A stretch of DNA of 64,000 bases, taken from an uncultured Gemmatimonadales bacterium. Its GTDB lineage: Bacteria; Gemmatimonadota; Gemmatimonadetes; Gemmatimonadales; GWC2-71-9. The translations under genes were made by a program, and so were the position numbers. The stretch is from the NCBI GenBank assembly GCA_963728915.1, contig CAVSLV010000003.1, positions 1 to 64,000 on the forward strand, read 5' to 3'. Under the pieces are notes generated by a model, which saw nothing but the letters and a program-made list of their open reading frames with translations, did no database searches and was not told the origin of the DNA. This document shows positions 39,789 through 50,453 of this stretch, in pieces; the first letter of the stretch is position 1, and each line of letters opens with the position of its first letter.

Positions 39789-40094
39789 CTAGCCTTCGAT
39801 CTTGTAGATCTCCCGCTTTCCCCATTCCACCAGATCATGGTATCCCTCCATGATCTTCTCCATCTCCTTCCCTTCCTTTTCGCTCATTCCGGCGCCCTGC
39901 ATCATCTTTTCGAACTCGTCGACGCTCTGCACTTCCATTTCCGCCACGATGGTCCAGTAGCGCTCGGCACAGAAGTCGGTCAGGACCCGCATTTTGGGAC
40001 CCTTCGTCATCACCTGGTTCATCGCCTTGAACTTCTCGACCATGGGCCGGACCTTGCCCGGCTTGCAGTACATCACTTCGCGAATCAGGTACAT
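39789..40094 (-). CDS. Hypothetical (NIPSNAP-like) protein
   Basis: Compact ORF with RBS GAGGAG downstream of paaZ. Confidence 0.7.
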   Translation of the reverse strand: MYLIREVMYCKPGKVRPMVEKFKAMNQVMTKGPKMRVLTDFCAERYWTIVAEMEVQSVDEFEKMMQGAGMSEKEGKEMEKIMEGYHDLVEWGKREIYKIEG

Positions 40095-40120
40095 GGGGAC
40101 TCTCCTCGGAACGGGGTGGC

Positions 40121-42181
40121 TCAGCCTTCCTTACGACGCACCAGCGTCAGGATCGAGTACACCGCGACCGGCTCGTCGTTCTGATTGGTCACCTCCACGT
40201 CCCACAGCACGACACCCTGGGGGATCCCTCCCGGCGGCGTTTCCTTGGCCGTCTTCTGTTTGACGGTGAGACGGACCTTGATCGTATCGCCCGGGTACAC
40301 GGGCTTCACGAACCGCAGCGACTCCAGCCCGTAGTTGGCGAGCACCGGGCCCTCGCCCGGATCCACGAAGAGACCCGCCGCCGCCGCCACGACGAAGTAT
40401 CCATGGGCCACCCGTCGCGCGAAGATGGAGCGGCTGGCGGCCAGGTCGTCCATGTGGGCGTAGAAGTAGTCGCCCGAGATCCCCGCGAAGTTGACCACGT
40501 CGGCTTCGGTGACGGTCCGCCGCGCGGTGAACAGGGTTTCTCCGATGCGGAGGTCCTCGAAGTACTTCCGGAACGGGTGGACCAGGTCGGTCGGGGTGGC
40601 GGCGCCCTTCACCCAGACATTGGTGACGTGGCTCAGGGTGGTCGGGTGGCCCTGGAGCGCGGTCCGCTGCATGTAATGGAGAACGGCTCGCGCCCCGCCC
40701 AGCTCCTCGCCGCCCCCCGCGCGCCCCGGTCCGCCGTGCACCAGGTAGGGGAGCGGGGAACCGTGCCCGGTCGATTCCCTGGCCGAGTGGCGATTGATCA
40801 GCATGAGGCGTCCGTGCCAGGCGGCGGTGCCGAGGACCATCTGGCGGGCCACTTCGTCGTCGGCGGTGAATACCGAGCCGACCAGCGAGCCGCGGCCGCG
40901 CCTGGCCAGCTCGATGGCCTCCTCCACCGAACCGTAGGGCATTACCGTATTGACCGGCCCGAAGGCCTCGATGTCGTGGGGCTCGGAGCGGTCCAGCGGG
41001 TTAGGGCAGTGGAGCAGCACCGCCGGGAAGAACGCGCCCCGGCGGGGATCCGCCCCCACCACCTCGAATCGGTCGGGATCGCCGAAGACCGGGTCGGCGC
41101 CGCGCTTGAGGGCCTCGAGGTTCCGCCGTACGTCCTCGACCTGGCCCCGGCTCGCCAGGGGCCCCCAGCGCACCCCTTCCGCCGCGGGATCGCCCAGCAC
41201 CGAGCTTTGAAGCCGTTTTTCCAGAGCCTTGAGGACGTCGCCCACCATGGCGCGGGGCGCGAGGGTGCGCCGGATGGCGGTGCACTTCTGCCCCGCCTTC
41301 ACGGTCATCTCCTTCGCCACTTCCTTGATGAAGAGGTCGAACTCCTCGGTGCCGGGCGCCGCTTCCGGTCCCAGCATCGAGAAGTTGAGCGAATCCGCCT
41401 CCATGTTGAACCGCACCGACTCGGCGATGAGACGGGGGTGAGCCTTGAGTTTTCGCCCGGTCGAGGCCGACCCGGTGAAGGTGACCACATCCTGGGACAT
41501 GACGTGATCCAGCAGGTCGCCCACGCTCCCCACGAGGAGCTGGAGCGCGCCGGCCGGCAGGAGGTCGGACGCGATGATCTCGCGCACCATCGCCTCGGTA
41601 ACGTAGCTCGTGGCGGTGGCCGGCTTGACGATGGCCGGCATGCCGGCGAGCAGGGTGGGCGCGATCTTTTCCAGCATGCCCCAGCAGGGGAAGTTGAAGG
41701 CGTTGATGTGCACCGCGACGCCTTCGAGCGGTACGCAGAGGTGCCGGCCGACGAAGGTGCCGCCCTTGGAGAGCGGCTCGACTTCGCCATCCAGGTAGAA
41801 GGTCTCGTCGGGAAACTCCCGGCGCCCCCGGCTCGCATACGCGAACAGGGTCCCGATCCCGCCTTCAATGTCGATCCAGGAATCGGTGCGGGTCGCCCCG
41901 GTCGCGGCCGAAATCTCGTAGAATCTTTCCTTCCGTTCCATCAGAAACGTTGCGAGCGCCTTGAGCATCCGGGCTCGCTCGTGAAACGTCCTCCGGCGGA
42001 GCGCCGGTCCGCCGAGGCGCCGGCCATACTCCAGCATGCCCTGGAAATCGAGACCATCGCTCGAGGCCGCCGCCACCGGCTCACCCGTCACGGCGTGGTA
42101 CAGCACCGCTCCCTCGCCCTTCCCTTCGATCCACTCGCCCTGGGCGAAGCTGCCGAGCATGCGTACGGCGGTCTTAACCAT
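40121..42181 (-). CDS. paaZ: Oxepin-CoA hydrolase / 3-oxo-5,6-dehydrosuberyl-CoA semialdehyde dehydrogenase
   Basis: ALDH domain (INAFNFP, GQKCTAIRR) fused to a MaoC domain. Confidence 0.95.
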   Translation of the reverse strand: MVKTAVRMLGSFAQGEWIEGKGEGAVLYHAVTGEPVAAASSDGLDFQGMLEYGRRLGGPALRRRTFHERARMLKALATFLMERKERFYEISAATGATRTDSWIDIEGGIGTLFAYASRGRREFPDETFYLDGEVEPLSKGGTFVGRHLCVPLEGVAVHINAFNFPCWGMLEKIAPTLLAGMPAIVKPATATSYVTEAMVREIIASDLLPAGALQLLVGSVGDLLDHVMSQDVVTFTGSASTGRKLKAHPRLIAESVRFNMEADSLNFSMLGPEAAPGTEEFDLFIKEVAKEMTVKAGQKCTAIRRTLAPRAMVGDVLKALEKRLQSSVLGDPAAEGVRWGPLASRGQVEDVRRNLEALKRGADPVFGDPDRFEVVGADPRRGAFFPAVLLHCPNPLDRSEPHDIEAFGPVNTVMPYGSVEEAIELARRGRGSLVGSVFTADDEVARQMVLGTAAWHGRLMLINRHSARESTGHGSPLPYLVHGGPGRAGGGEELGGARAVLHYMQRTALQGHPTTLSHVTNVWVKGAATPTDLVHPFRKYFEDLRIGETLFTARRTVTEADVVNFAGISGDYFYAHMDDLAASRSIFARRVAHGYFVVAAAAGLFVDPGEGPVLANYGLESLRFVKPVYPGDTIKVRLTVKQKTAKETPPGGIPQGVVLWDVEVTNQNDEPVAVYSILTLVRRKEG

Positions 42182-42779
42182 CGCGGGATTTCCTTTGCTG
42201 CCACGTTTGATAGTCGGGAGGTCTGGAAGTCTGGAGGTCGGAAGGGCGGGATCTGAGCGGCTCGCACTCGCGCAGCGTGGCGTGGAGCTGTGCGGGGAGC
42301 TGCTGGTAGAGCAAGGTGCCTTCGGTCTTCCAGGCCAGCATCTCGTCGCTCACCGGCTTGATGATCCGGGCCGGGTTCCCCGCGGCGATCATCCGGTCCG
42401 GCACCTGCATCCCTTCCTTGATGAAGGACAGGGCCCCGACGATCGCGCCGGCCCCGATCACCGCGTGATCCATGACCACGGCGTTCATTCCGATCAGCGC
42501 GTTCTTGCCGATCCGCGCCCCGTGCACGATCGATCCGTGGCCCAGGTGGGCCGACTCCTCCAGTAGGACGGTGACGCCCGGGAAAGCGTGGATCACGCAG
42601 TTCTCCTGCACGTTGCACCCGTCGGCGATCTCGATAGCGCCCCAGTCACCCCGGAGCGCGGCGCCGGGACCGATGTACACGTCACGCCCGATGCTCACGT
42701 TGCCGATCACGGCAGCCAGGGGATGCACGAACGCTGTCTCATGGACAACCGGCCTGACTCCCTGAAATTCGTAGATCAT
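42174..42779 (-). CDS. paaY: Hexapeptide-repeat protein PaaY (gamma-carbonic anhydrase-like)
   Basis: FVHP.A..IG.V; LRGDWG; HGSIVHG; paa context. Confidence 0.85.
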   Translation of the reverse strand: MIYEFQGVRPVVHETAFVHPLAAVIGNVSIGRDVYIGPGAALRGDWGAIEIADGCNVQENCVIHAFPGVTVLLEESAHLGHGSIVHGARIGKNALIGMNAVVMDHAVIGAGAIVGALSFIKEGMQVPDRMIAAGNPARIIKPVSDEMLAWKTEGTLLYQQLPAQLHATLRECEPLRSRPSDLQTSRPPDYQTWQQRKSRDG

Positions 42780-43987
42780 GCCCGCTCGATGATCGTGGCC
42801 ATGCCCTGCCCGACCCCGACGCACATGGTGCACAGGGCGTATTTCCCCCCCGTGTGATGCAGCTCCCGCATCGCGGTGAGCAGCAAGCGCGCCCCGCTCA
42901 TGCCGAGGGGATGACCGAGCGCGATGGCGCCACCGTTCGGGTTCACCCGCGGGTCGCTGTCGGCGATGCCCAGCTCGCGGGTGCAGGCCAGCACCTGGGC
43001 GGCGAAGGCCTCGTTGAGCTCGATGACATCCATCTGGTCGAGGGTGAGACTGGCCAGAGCGAGCGCTTTCCGGGTGGCCGGCACCGGCCCCAGGCCCATG
43101 GTGCGGGGCTCGACGCCCGCCGCGGCGGTCGCGATCACCCGCGCCTTCGGCACCAGACTGTGCTGGCGCACCCCTTCGTCCGACGCCACCAGCAGGGCGC
43201 AGGCGCCGTCGTTGAGGCCGCTCGAGTTGCCGGCCGTCACCGATCCGCCCTCGCGAAAGGCGGGCTTGAGTCGCGCCAGCACCTCGATCGTGGTGTCGGG
43301 GCGAATGAACTCGTCCTGCTCGAAGCTGCCGGCCGGCTGGCCTTTCCGGGCCGGCGGAAGCGGCACCGGAACGATCTCCTCGGCGAAACGGCCCCGGGCT
43401 CGCGCCGCGGCTGCTTTCTGCTGGGAGGCGGCCGCAAACCTGTCCTGATCTTCCCGGGGGATTTTCCGTTCCGCGACCACGTTTTCCGCGGTCTGGCCCA
43501 TCGAATCGATCCCGTACTTCTCCTGCATCTTCGGGTTGACGAATCGCCAGCCCAGGCTGGTATCGAAGAGCTCCTGGGTGCGGCCGAACGGCTGGGCGGA
43601 CTTGGAGAGCACGTAGGGGGCGCGGGTCATGTGCTCGATCCCGCCCGCCAGATAGACATCGCCCTCGCCGAGCCGGGCTCCCCGCGCTGCACTCGCCACG
43701 GCACCCATCCCGGACGCGCACAGCCGGTTCACGGTCTCGCCGGGGACGCTGGCGGGAATGCCGGCGAGGAGCAGCGCCATCCGCGCCACGTTCCGGTTAT
43801 CCTCGCCGGCCTGATTCGCGCACCCCATGATGACGTCGGTGAGACGCACCGGATCGAGCCCGGGATGCCGGGCCAGCAGGCTCGCGAGCACGTGCGCGGC
43901 CAGATCGTCCGCACGCACCCCCGCGAGCGATCCGCCCAGGCTCCCGATCGGAGTCCTGATACCGTCGATGAGATACGCGTTGCCCAT
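42776..43987 (-). CDS. paaJ: 3-oxoadipyl-CoA thiolase (PaaJ/PcaF)
   Basis: NQAGEDNRNVAR, NRLCASG, GHPLG, MCVGVGQG. Confidence 0.93.
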   Translation of the reverse strand: MGNAYLIDGIRTPIGSLGGSLAGVRADDLAAHVLASLLARHPGLDPVRLTDVIMGCANQAGEDNRNVARMALLLAGIPASVPGETVNRLCASGMGAVASAARGARLGEGDVYLAGGIEHMTRAPYVLSKSAQPFGRTQELFDTSLGWRFVNPKMQEKYGIDSMGQTAENVVAERKIPREDQDRFAAASQQKAAAARARGRFAEEIVPVPLPPARKGQPAGSFEQDEFIRPDTTIEVLARLKPAFREGGSVTAGNSSGLNDGACALLVASDEGVRQHSLVPKARVIATAAAGVEPRTMGLGPVPATRKALALASLTLDQMDVIELNEAFAAQVLACTRELGIADSDPRVNPNGGAIALGHPLGMSGARLLLTAMRELHHTGGKYALCTMCVGVGQGMATIIERA

Positions 43988-44064
43988 AGTGAATCCAACT
44001 CTCGCTTTGGCCTAACTCGTGAAGCCATGCTAATTTAGTACGCTTTCTCCCGGACCGGCACTTC

Positions 44065-44859
44065 ATGAGCGAGCCGACCATTCTGTACCAGGTGCGGGAC
44101 GAGGTGGCGTGCATCACGCTGAATCGTCCCGACGTACTGAACAGCTTCAACGCCGCGATGTCCCTCGCCCTCCAGCAACGGCTGTCGGAGGTGGCCCGGG
44201 AGTCCAGGCTCCGGGCCGTCTACCTCTCCGGGGCCGGGCGGGCCTTCTGCGCCGGCCAGGACCTCGCCGAGGCCAAACCGAAAGAAGGAGGCGCCGGGAT
44301 CGAAGACTTCGAGGTCCGGGTCCGCAACTTCTATAACCCGCTGATCCTCGCGATCCGCCGGATGCCCAAGCCGGTCGTGTGCGCGGTGAACGGTGTGGCC
44401 GCGGGCGCCGGAGCCAATCTGGCCCTGGCCTGCGACTTCGTCGTCGCCGCGGAAGAGGCGAGCTTCCTTCAGGCGTTCGTCAAAGTGGGCCTGGTGCCCG
44501 ATACCGGCGGGACCTGGACTTTGCCACGCCTGGTGGGGAAAGCCCAGGCCACCGCGATGATGCTGCTCGGCGACAAGATTCCCGCCTCGCGCGCGTATCA
44601 GCTCGGCATGATCTACCAGGTGTGTCCCCTCGCCCAGCTCGAGAAGGTCGCCTTGGAGCTGACCACCCGCCTGGCGGCGCAGCCGACCTACGCGGTGTCG
44701 CTGATCAAGCAGCTCCTCGCGGTCTCCTCCCACAATTCCCTAGAGCAGCAGCTCGAGCTGGAGGCCGAGTACCAGGGCCGCGCGGGCCGGTCGGCCGATT
44801 ATCACGAGGGAGTGAAAGCCTTCCTCGAGAAGCGTCCCCCCAAATTCGCCGGGAACTAA
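44065..44859 (+). CDS. paaG: 1,2-epoxyphenylacetyl-CoA isomerase
   Basis: FCAGQDL; GAGANLALACD; LVPDTGG. Confidence 0.88.
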   Translation: MSEPTILYQVRDEVACITLNRPDVLNSFNAAMSLALQQRLSEVARESRLRAVYLSGAGRAFCAGQDLAEAKPKEGGAGIEDFEVRVRNFYNPLILAIRRMPKPVVCAVNGVAAGAGANLALACDFVVAAEEASFLQAFVKVGLVPDTGGTWTLPRLVGKAQATAMMLLGDKIPASRAYQLGMIYQVCPLAQLEKVALELTTRLAAQPTYAVSLIKQLLAVSSHNSLEQQLELEAEYQGRAGRSADYHEGVKAFLEKRPPKFAGN

Positions 44860-46043
44860 TGGCCGACCGGCAAGCCTGGACCGTCGGCGTGGTCGGCGCC
44901 GGGACCATGGGGAGCGGAATCGCCCAGGTCGCGGCGGCTGCGGGGCACCGGGTCATGGTGACTGACGCGAGTCCCGAGGCGCTGGAAGCCAGCCGGGCCC
45001 GGCTCCGCCGGACCATCGATGGCCTCCGCGACAAGGGGCGGCTCGACCAGGCCACGGCCGACCGTCTGGTGGAGTCCATCACCTGGGCCCCGGGAGCGGC
45101 CGGCGAATACGGCCTCTTCCGCCACTGCGATCTCGTGATCGAAGCGGTGCTGGAAGACCTCGCGGTCAAGCGGGACGTGTTCCGGAGGCTCGAGGCCGAG
45201 GTGAGCGAGGATTGCGTCCTCGCCACCAACACCTCCTCGCTCGCGGTCACCGCGATCGCCGGCGCGTGCCGGCTCCCCACCCGGGTCCTCGGGCTTCACT
45301 TCTTCAATCCCGTCCCGATCATGCAGCTGGTGGAAATCGTCCCGGGCCTCCTGACCGATGTGAGCATCGCCGGCGCGGCGCAGACCCTGATGGAGGACTG
45401 GGGCAAGATCACCGTTCTCTCCGCCGACACCCCCGGCTTCATCGTGAACCGGGTGGCCCGCCCGTTCTACGGCGAGGCGCTCCGAATCTACGAGGAGGGG
45501 ATCGCGAGCAAGAGCACGATCGATTGGGCGATGCGCGAGCAGGGCGGGTTCCGGATGGGACCGTTCGAGCTCATGGACCTGATCGGCAACGACGTGAACT
45601 ACGCGGTGACGAAATCGATCTTCGAGGCGATGCACGGCGATCCCCGCTACAAGCCATTCCTCACCCAGCAGCGGCTGGTCGAAGCCGGTTTCCTGGGCAG
45701 GAAATCGGGCCGGGGGCACTACGACTATCAGGAAGCCGCCGAGCGGCCGGAACCGGTGCGCGACGCCTCGCGCGGCGGGGAAATCGTCGATCGAATCCTC
45801 GCGATGCTGATCAACGAGGCCGCCGACGCGGTATTCTGGCAGGTCGCCAGCGCGGCGGACATCGAGCTGGCCATGACCAAGGGCGTCAATTATCCCAGGG
45901 GCCTGCTCGAATGGGGAAACCAGATCGGCGCCGACGTCATCGTCGAGCGGCTGGAGAGTCTCCAGCGTGAATACGGCGAGGATCGCTACCGACCGAGTCC
46001 CTTGCTGGTGCGGGCCGCCCGCCTGGGCACGCCGCTCAGATGA
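44859..46043 (+). CDS. paaH: 3-hydroxyacyl(adipyl)-CoA dehydrogenase
   Basis: GAGTMGSG; TNTSSL; HFFNP; PGFIVNR. Confidence 0.88.
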   Translation: MADRQAWTVGVVGAGTMGSGIAQVAAAAGHRVMVTDASPEALEASRARLRRTIDGLRDKGRLDQATADRLVESITWAPGAAGEYGLFRHCDLVIEAVLEDLAVKRDVFRRLEAEVSEDCVLATNTSSLAVTAIAGACRLPTRVLGLHFFNPVPIMQLVEIVPGLLTDVSIAGAAQTLMEDWGKITVLSADTPGFIVNRVARPFYGEALRIYEEGIASKSTIDWAMREQGGFRMGPFELMDLIGNDVNYAVTKSIFEAMHGDPRYKPFLTQQRLVEAGFLGRKSGRGHYDYQEAAERPEPVRDASRGGEIVDRILAMLINEAADAVFWQVASAADIELAMTKGVNYPRGLLEWGNQIGADVIVERLESLQREYGEDRYRPSPLLVRAARLGTPLR

Positions 46044-46462
46044 CCGCCGCCCAGGAGCTCGCCGAGCGGGTCGTCCGCGGCATGATGGCGGGTGACGAGT
46101 TCAGCCGCTGGCTCGGCGTCGAAGTCCTCGAGATCGCGCCCGGCCGGTGCCGCTGCCGCATGACGGTCCGGCCGGAGATGGTGAACGGGTTCGGCGTCGC
46201 CCACGGCGCGATCGCGTTCGCCCTGGCCGACAGTGCGTTTGCCTTCGCGTGCAACACCGAGGGCCACGTGACGATGAGCATCGAGAACGGCATCAGCTAT
46301 CCCAGGGCGGTGCACCCGGGCGACGAGCTGACCGCCGTCGCGAGCGAAGAAAGCGCCGGGCGCAAGATCGCCTTTTTCCTGGTCCGGGTCACCAACCAGC
46401 GAGACGAGACGGTCGCCCTGTTCCGGGGCACCGCCTATCGCACCGAGAAGGAACACGCATGA
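46040..46462 (+). CDS. paaI: Phenylacetyl-CoA thioesterase
   Basis: Hotdog fold; HG..FALADSAFAFACN. Confidence 0.88.
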   Translation: MTAAQELAERVVRGMMAGDEFSRWLGVEVLEIAPGRCRCRMTVRPEMVNGFGVAHGAIAFALADSAFAFACNTEGHVTMSIENGISYPRAVHPGDELTAVASEESAGRKIAFFLVRVTNQRDETVALFRGTAYRTEKEHA

Positions 46463-48495
46463 TCGACTGGGAGCGGGTTCTCTATCTGGCGACCGTCTCG
46501 CGCTTCCTCGACGACACCGAGGAACAGCGGCTGGTTCCCGAGAAGAAGGTGCTCTACCAGTTCTCGGCGCGGGGGCACGAGGTGGCCCAGATCATCCTGG
46601 GGCAGCACCTCACCCATCCGCACGACGCGGTCGGCGCCTACTACCGATCGCGGCCGCTGCTCTTGTCGCTGGGCCTGTCCATCACCGACGCGTTCGCGTC
46701 GCCGATGGGGAAGTCGGGCGGGTTCAGCGACGGACGGGACATCGGGGTGGTCTGCAATCTCCCCAATGATCCGGGACCGGTGGTGCTTCCGATGTCGGGA
46801 GACGTGGGCTCGCAATACACCCCGACGGCCGGCTGGGCCCAGGCGATCCGGTACTACAAGGACGTCCTGGGCGCCGACGCCTATTCGGGCGCGCTTGGCT
46901 GTGTCACCGGTGGAGAAGCGTCCGTCGCCACAAATGGATTCTGGTCCGCGCTCACCATGGCCACGACGCTCAAGCTCCCGATGCTGTTCTACATCGAGGA
47001 CAACGGATTCGGGATTTCGGTGCCGGGGAGGCTCCAGACCCCGGGCGGCGACATCGCGAGGAATCTGGCGTCCTTCCAGAACCTCCTGGTCCGTGACGGG
47101 GACGGGACCGATCCGGTCCAGACCGAGCTGCTGCTGGCCGAGTGCGTGGCTCATGCCCGTACCGGCAACGGTCCCGCGCTGATCCGGCTCACGGTGCCTC
47201 GGCTGTCGGGACATTCGGGGCAGGACACCCAGGCCTACAAGGGTCCCGAGCTTCTGGAACAGGAAAAAGCCCGCGATCCACTCCCCCGGTTGCAGCAGCA
47301 CATGCTCTCGCTCGGGAAGACCGAGCTGGACCTGGCCCGGATCGTTTCCCAGGCCCGGAAGGCGGCCGAGTCAGCGCTCGAAGACGCGCTGGCGCGGCCG
47401 GAGCCGGATCCGGCCGGGGTGCTTCACCATCGAGTGGCGGAGACCATGCAGCAACGCGGCGGGTTAGGCCCGTCCGGCCACCGTTTTCCCGCCGGAAGCG
47501 AGACGCCGGCGCCGGAAGGGCCCCGGATCAACCTGCTGACCGCGGTCCGTCGCGCGCTGGAAGCCGAGCTCAGGAGCAACCCCAGGGTGCTGGTGTTCGG
47601 GGAGGATGTCGGCCCCAAGGGAGGGGTCCACGCCGCCACCCTGGGACTTCAGGAGAGTTTCGGGGAGCATCGCGTCTTCGATACCTCGCTTTCGGAAGAG
47701 GGCATCATCGGGCGAGCGGTGGGGATGGCCCTCGCCGGCCTGATGCCGGTGCCCGAGATCCAGTTCCGGAAATACGCCGACCCGGCCACCGAACAGCTCA
47801 ACAACTGCGGCACCATCCGCTGGCGCACCGACAACCGCTGGGCCGCGCCGATCGTGGTGCGGATGCCCGGCGGGTACGCCCCGAAATGCGGGGACCCATG
47901 GCACAGCGTCAACGGCGAGGTGCTCTGGGCCCACGCGATCGGGTGGCAGGTGGCGGTGCCCTCCAATGCGGAAGACGCGGTTGGCCTGCTCCGGACCGCG
48001 ATGCGGAGCAACAATCCAACGATCTTCTTCGAGCATCGCGCCCTGCTCGACGCCGCCTCGGCGCGGCGTCCCTACCCCGGGGACGATTTCGTGGTGCGGT
48101 TCGGGAAGGCCAGGATCGTCCGGCCGGGCGATCGGCTGACGGTCGTTACCTGGGGGGCGATGGTGGAGCGGTGTGAGTCCGCCGCGGAAACCAGCGGCGC
48201 GTCGGTCGAGGTCATCGACCTTCGGACCATCGCCCCCTGGGACCGGGAGACCGTCCTCGAATCGGTCAAACGGACCCGGCGCTGCCTCATCGTGCACGAA
48301 GACACCCTGACCGGGGGCTTCGGCGCCGAAGTGAGCGCCACGCTCGCCGAGCAGGCGTTCCTTTCCCTCGATGCGCCGATCGCCCGCCTGGCGATTCCCG
48401 ACGTTCCCACGCCCTACAACGTCGCCCTCATGAATGCGGTGCTCCCCCAGGTCGACGACATTGCCGCGCGGATCACCTCCCTGATCGAGTTCTAG
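46459..48495 (+). CDS. 2-oxoacid dehydrogenase E1, fused alpha/beta
   Basis: TPP-binding region ending EDN; FGEDVG; FDTSLSE; EVIDLRT. Confidence 0.9.
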   Translation: MIDWERVLYLATVSRFLDDTEEQRLVPEKKVLYQFSARGHEVAQIILGQHLTHPHDAVGAYYRSRPLLLSLGLSITDAFASPMGKSGGFSDGRDIGVVCNLPNDPGPVVLPMSGDVGSQYTPTAGWAQAIRYYKDVLGADAYSGALGCVTGGEASVATNGFWSALTMATTLKLPMLFYIEDNGFGISVPGRLQTPGGDIARNLASFQNLLVRDGDGTDPVQTELLLAECVAHARTGNGPALIRLTVPRLSGHSGQDTQAYKGPELLEQEKARDPLPRLQQHMLSLGKTELDLARIVSQARKAAESALEDALARPEPDPAGVLHHRVAETMQQRGGLGPSGHRFPAGSETPAPEGPRINLLTAVRRALEAELRSNPRVLVFGEDVGPKGGVHAATLGLQESFGEHRVFDTSLSEEGIIGRAVGMALAGLMPVPEIQFRKYADPATEQLNNCGTIRWRTDNRWAAPIVVRMPGGYAPKCGDPWHSVNGEVLWAHAIGWQVAVPSNAEDAVGLLRTAMRSNNPTIFFEHRALLDAASARRPYPGDDFVVRFGKARIVRPGDRLTVVTWGAMVERCESAAETSGASVEVIDLRTIAPWDRETVLESVKRTRRCLIVHEDTLTGGFGAEVSATLAEQAFLSLDAPIARLAIPDVPTPYNVALMNAVLPQVDDIAARITSLIEF

Positions 48496-49304
48496 ACCGG
48501 AGTGCCGGCGGAGGATGAAAGGGGGGCTTCCTGTTCCCTCGCCCAGGAAAAGAACACCACTGCCATCGCAGTCAGCACCGCCAGCCCGCCGATCAGCTCC
48601 ATCACCCCGCCGGCGACCGCCTGATCGCTCATGATTGAGCGACCGTTGATGGGGGGCGCCAGCTCGTAGGTAGCGTATACCGGATAGCTGCTGAGCAGGA
48701 GCCACATGCCGAGACCGGTGTGCGCAACCGACGCGAGGAAGAGGTAGCCGATCTTGGCGATCCCCCCGCCGGCACGGAGGGGAAATGGCGCCAGGACCGG
48801 CCACCAGAACACCAGCCCGCCGACGATCCAGGCGAGGTCGATCGCGAACGCGCCAAGCTGAGTGCTCATGAGGCCATCCACCACCGACGGCAGGTGAGTC
48901 ACCACCGCGATGAGATTGAACATGACGCCGGTGGCGACCGGATGGGTGGCGACGCGGAACACGGCGCTCGAACCGAGCCGGTCTTCGAGTCGTTTCCACC
49001 GATGCCGAGGAACGCCCCTGTAGAGCAGCGGTGGCGCGAAGAAGGAGAAGACCAGGAACTGCGCCGCGTGGACCGACATCAGATAGCCCGCGCCGAGGGT
49101 GCCCACCGGCCAGTCGAGGAAGAGCCAGATCAGCAGGAGGCCCCCGGCGCCCATGATGCGGTGCAGGTATTGCCCTCGCCGCCATGCCAGAGCCACGTAG
49201 GCGACCGCGCCGGTGAGGACCACGAGCCAGACCCCCGGATAGGCACGCCACTCCCAGCTCCATGCCTGGCCCGTGGCCGAGCACCACCAGCTCACCGACA
49301 GCAT
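48492..49304 (-). CDS. Cytochrome c oxidase assembly protein (caa3-type CtaG)
   Basis: LDWP, SVH..Q, PPLL, FWWP, DQ..AG. Confidence 0.8.
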   Translation of the reverse strand: MLSVSWWCSATGQAWSWEWRAYPGVWLVVLTGAVAYVALAWRRGQYLHRIMGAGGLLLIWLFLDWPVGTLGAGYLMSVHAAQFLVFSFFAPPLLYRGVPRHRWKRLEDRLGSSAVFRVATHPVATGVMFNLIAVVTHLPSVVDGLMSTQLGAFAIDLAWIVGGLVFWWPVLAPFPLRAGGGIAKIGYLFLASVAHTGLGMWLLLSSYPVYATYELAPPINGRSIMSDQAVAGGVMELIGGLAVLTAMAVVFFSWAREQEAPLSSSAGTPV

Positions 49305-49311
49305 CGAGCGC

Positions 49312-49941
49312 TCAGGGAGGGGCGCCGGAGCCGACCCGCACCAACCGTGGAATGTCCTCCGCCCAGTCTTGTTGCCGGGTCCCGGAGGGATACTCCACCC
49401 GCTCGAGGTTGTCGGGCGTGTAGGCGAGGACCTGCGCCGCGTGGCCCACGCCGTAGCTTCCACCCGCCGAGCCGGCGGTGTCGGGAATGGCAGGCAGGAT
49501 TCCCGCCGCGATCTGGGCTTTGGTGACCTCCTCGACGGTCCCAGTCAACCCGATGAACGAGGAACTGAACCCTCCAAGCCAGCTCCGGAGCCGCTCCGGC
49601 GTATCGCGCGCCGGATCGGTGGTGACGAACACGACCTTCACCCGGTTGGTGACCTCGGGCGAAAGTCTCGCGAGTACCGCGGCGAGGTTGGCCATGTGCA
49701 CGGGGCAGACGTCGGGACAGTAGGTGTAGCCGAAGAACAGCAGGGTGAGATACCCGTCGGTCTCCCGCCGGAAATCCCAGGCGCCTCCGCGCATGGAGGT
49801 GAGAACGAACTCCGGTTTGGGCCTGGGCGCCGGCAGCTCGGCGCCGGCGTAGCCCCCGGGAGAGAAGGTGCGCCGCTCCGCGCATCCGGCGGTGAGCATC
49901 ACGCTCAACAGAATGGATTGCCTCCAGGCGAGCCGGTTCAC
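49312..49941 (-). CDS. SCO1/SenC copper chaperone lipoprotein
   Basis: FGYTYCPDVCP; DPARD; conserved His. Confidence 0.92.
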   Translation of the reverse strand: MNRLAWRQSILLSVMLTAGCAERRTFSPGGYAGAELPAPRPKPEFVLTSMRGGAWDFRRETDGYLTLLFFGYTYCPDVCPVHMANLAAVLARLSPEVTNRVKVVFVTTDPARDTPERLRSWLGGFSSSFIGLTGTVEEVTKAQIAAGILPAIPDTAGSAGGSYGVGHAAQVLAYTPDNLERVEYPSGTRQQDWAEDIPRLVRVGSGAPP

Positions 49942-50453
49942 GGTCTCTCAAGCTCCTCGATGGCCTCGGTGAACCGGAGTACCGGTACCGAAAGAAGGAT
50001 CCGCTCGCCGGCGGAGAACCGGAGCTCGAGCGGGATGGCGCCCCGCGTGAACGCGTTGGAGTCGACGTTCGTGAGCATCAAGTGCTGCCTCCCATGGCCG
50101 AACATCAGCCGAGCGCCCGGCGGGACAACGATGTAGTCGATCGGGACCATGCGGCGCAGGTTCCCCAATGCCACGACATCATGCATCATCACCGTCGCGA
50201 CGGCGCTCGTGGCGCTCTCCAGAGTATCGGGTCGCGTCCCCCGGTTCTCAAGCCGGAAGCCCACACTCGCGATACCGTCGGCCGGCATTCCCCAACTCAC
50301 GGCATGGGTGACCCGCAGGTCGCCGGCGGAGGCCGCTGCCCCCCGGCCGCCACCGCAGGCCAGTATCTCCGCCGCCACCAGTGCCACGACCCTTCTCAGG
50401 CCGGCACCCCCTGCTTCGGCGACGCCGCCACCTGGTCCAGCTTCTTCTCCCAC
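49938..50453 (-). CDS. PCu(A)C copper chaperone (start uncertain, probably near 50380)
   Basis: H-x6..M...HLM motif. Confidence 0.75.
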   Translation of the reverse strand: MGEEAGPGGGVAEAGGAGLRRVVALVAAEILACGGGRGAAASAGDLRVTHAVSWGMPADGIASVGFRLENRGTRPDTLESATSAVATVMMHDVVALGNLRRMVPIDYIVVPPGARLMFGHGRQHLMLTNVDSNAFTRGAIPLELRFSAGERILLSVPVLRFTEAIEELERP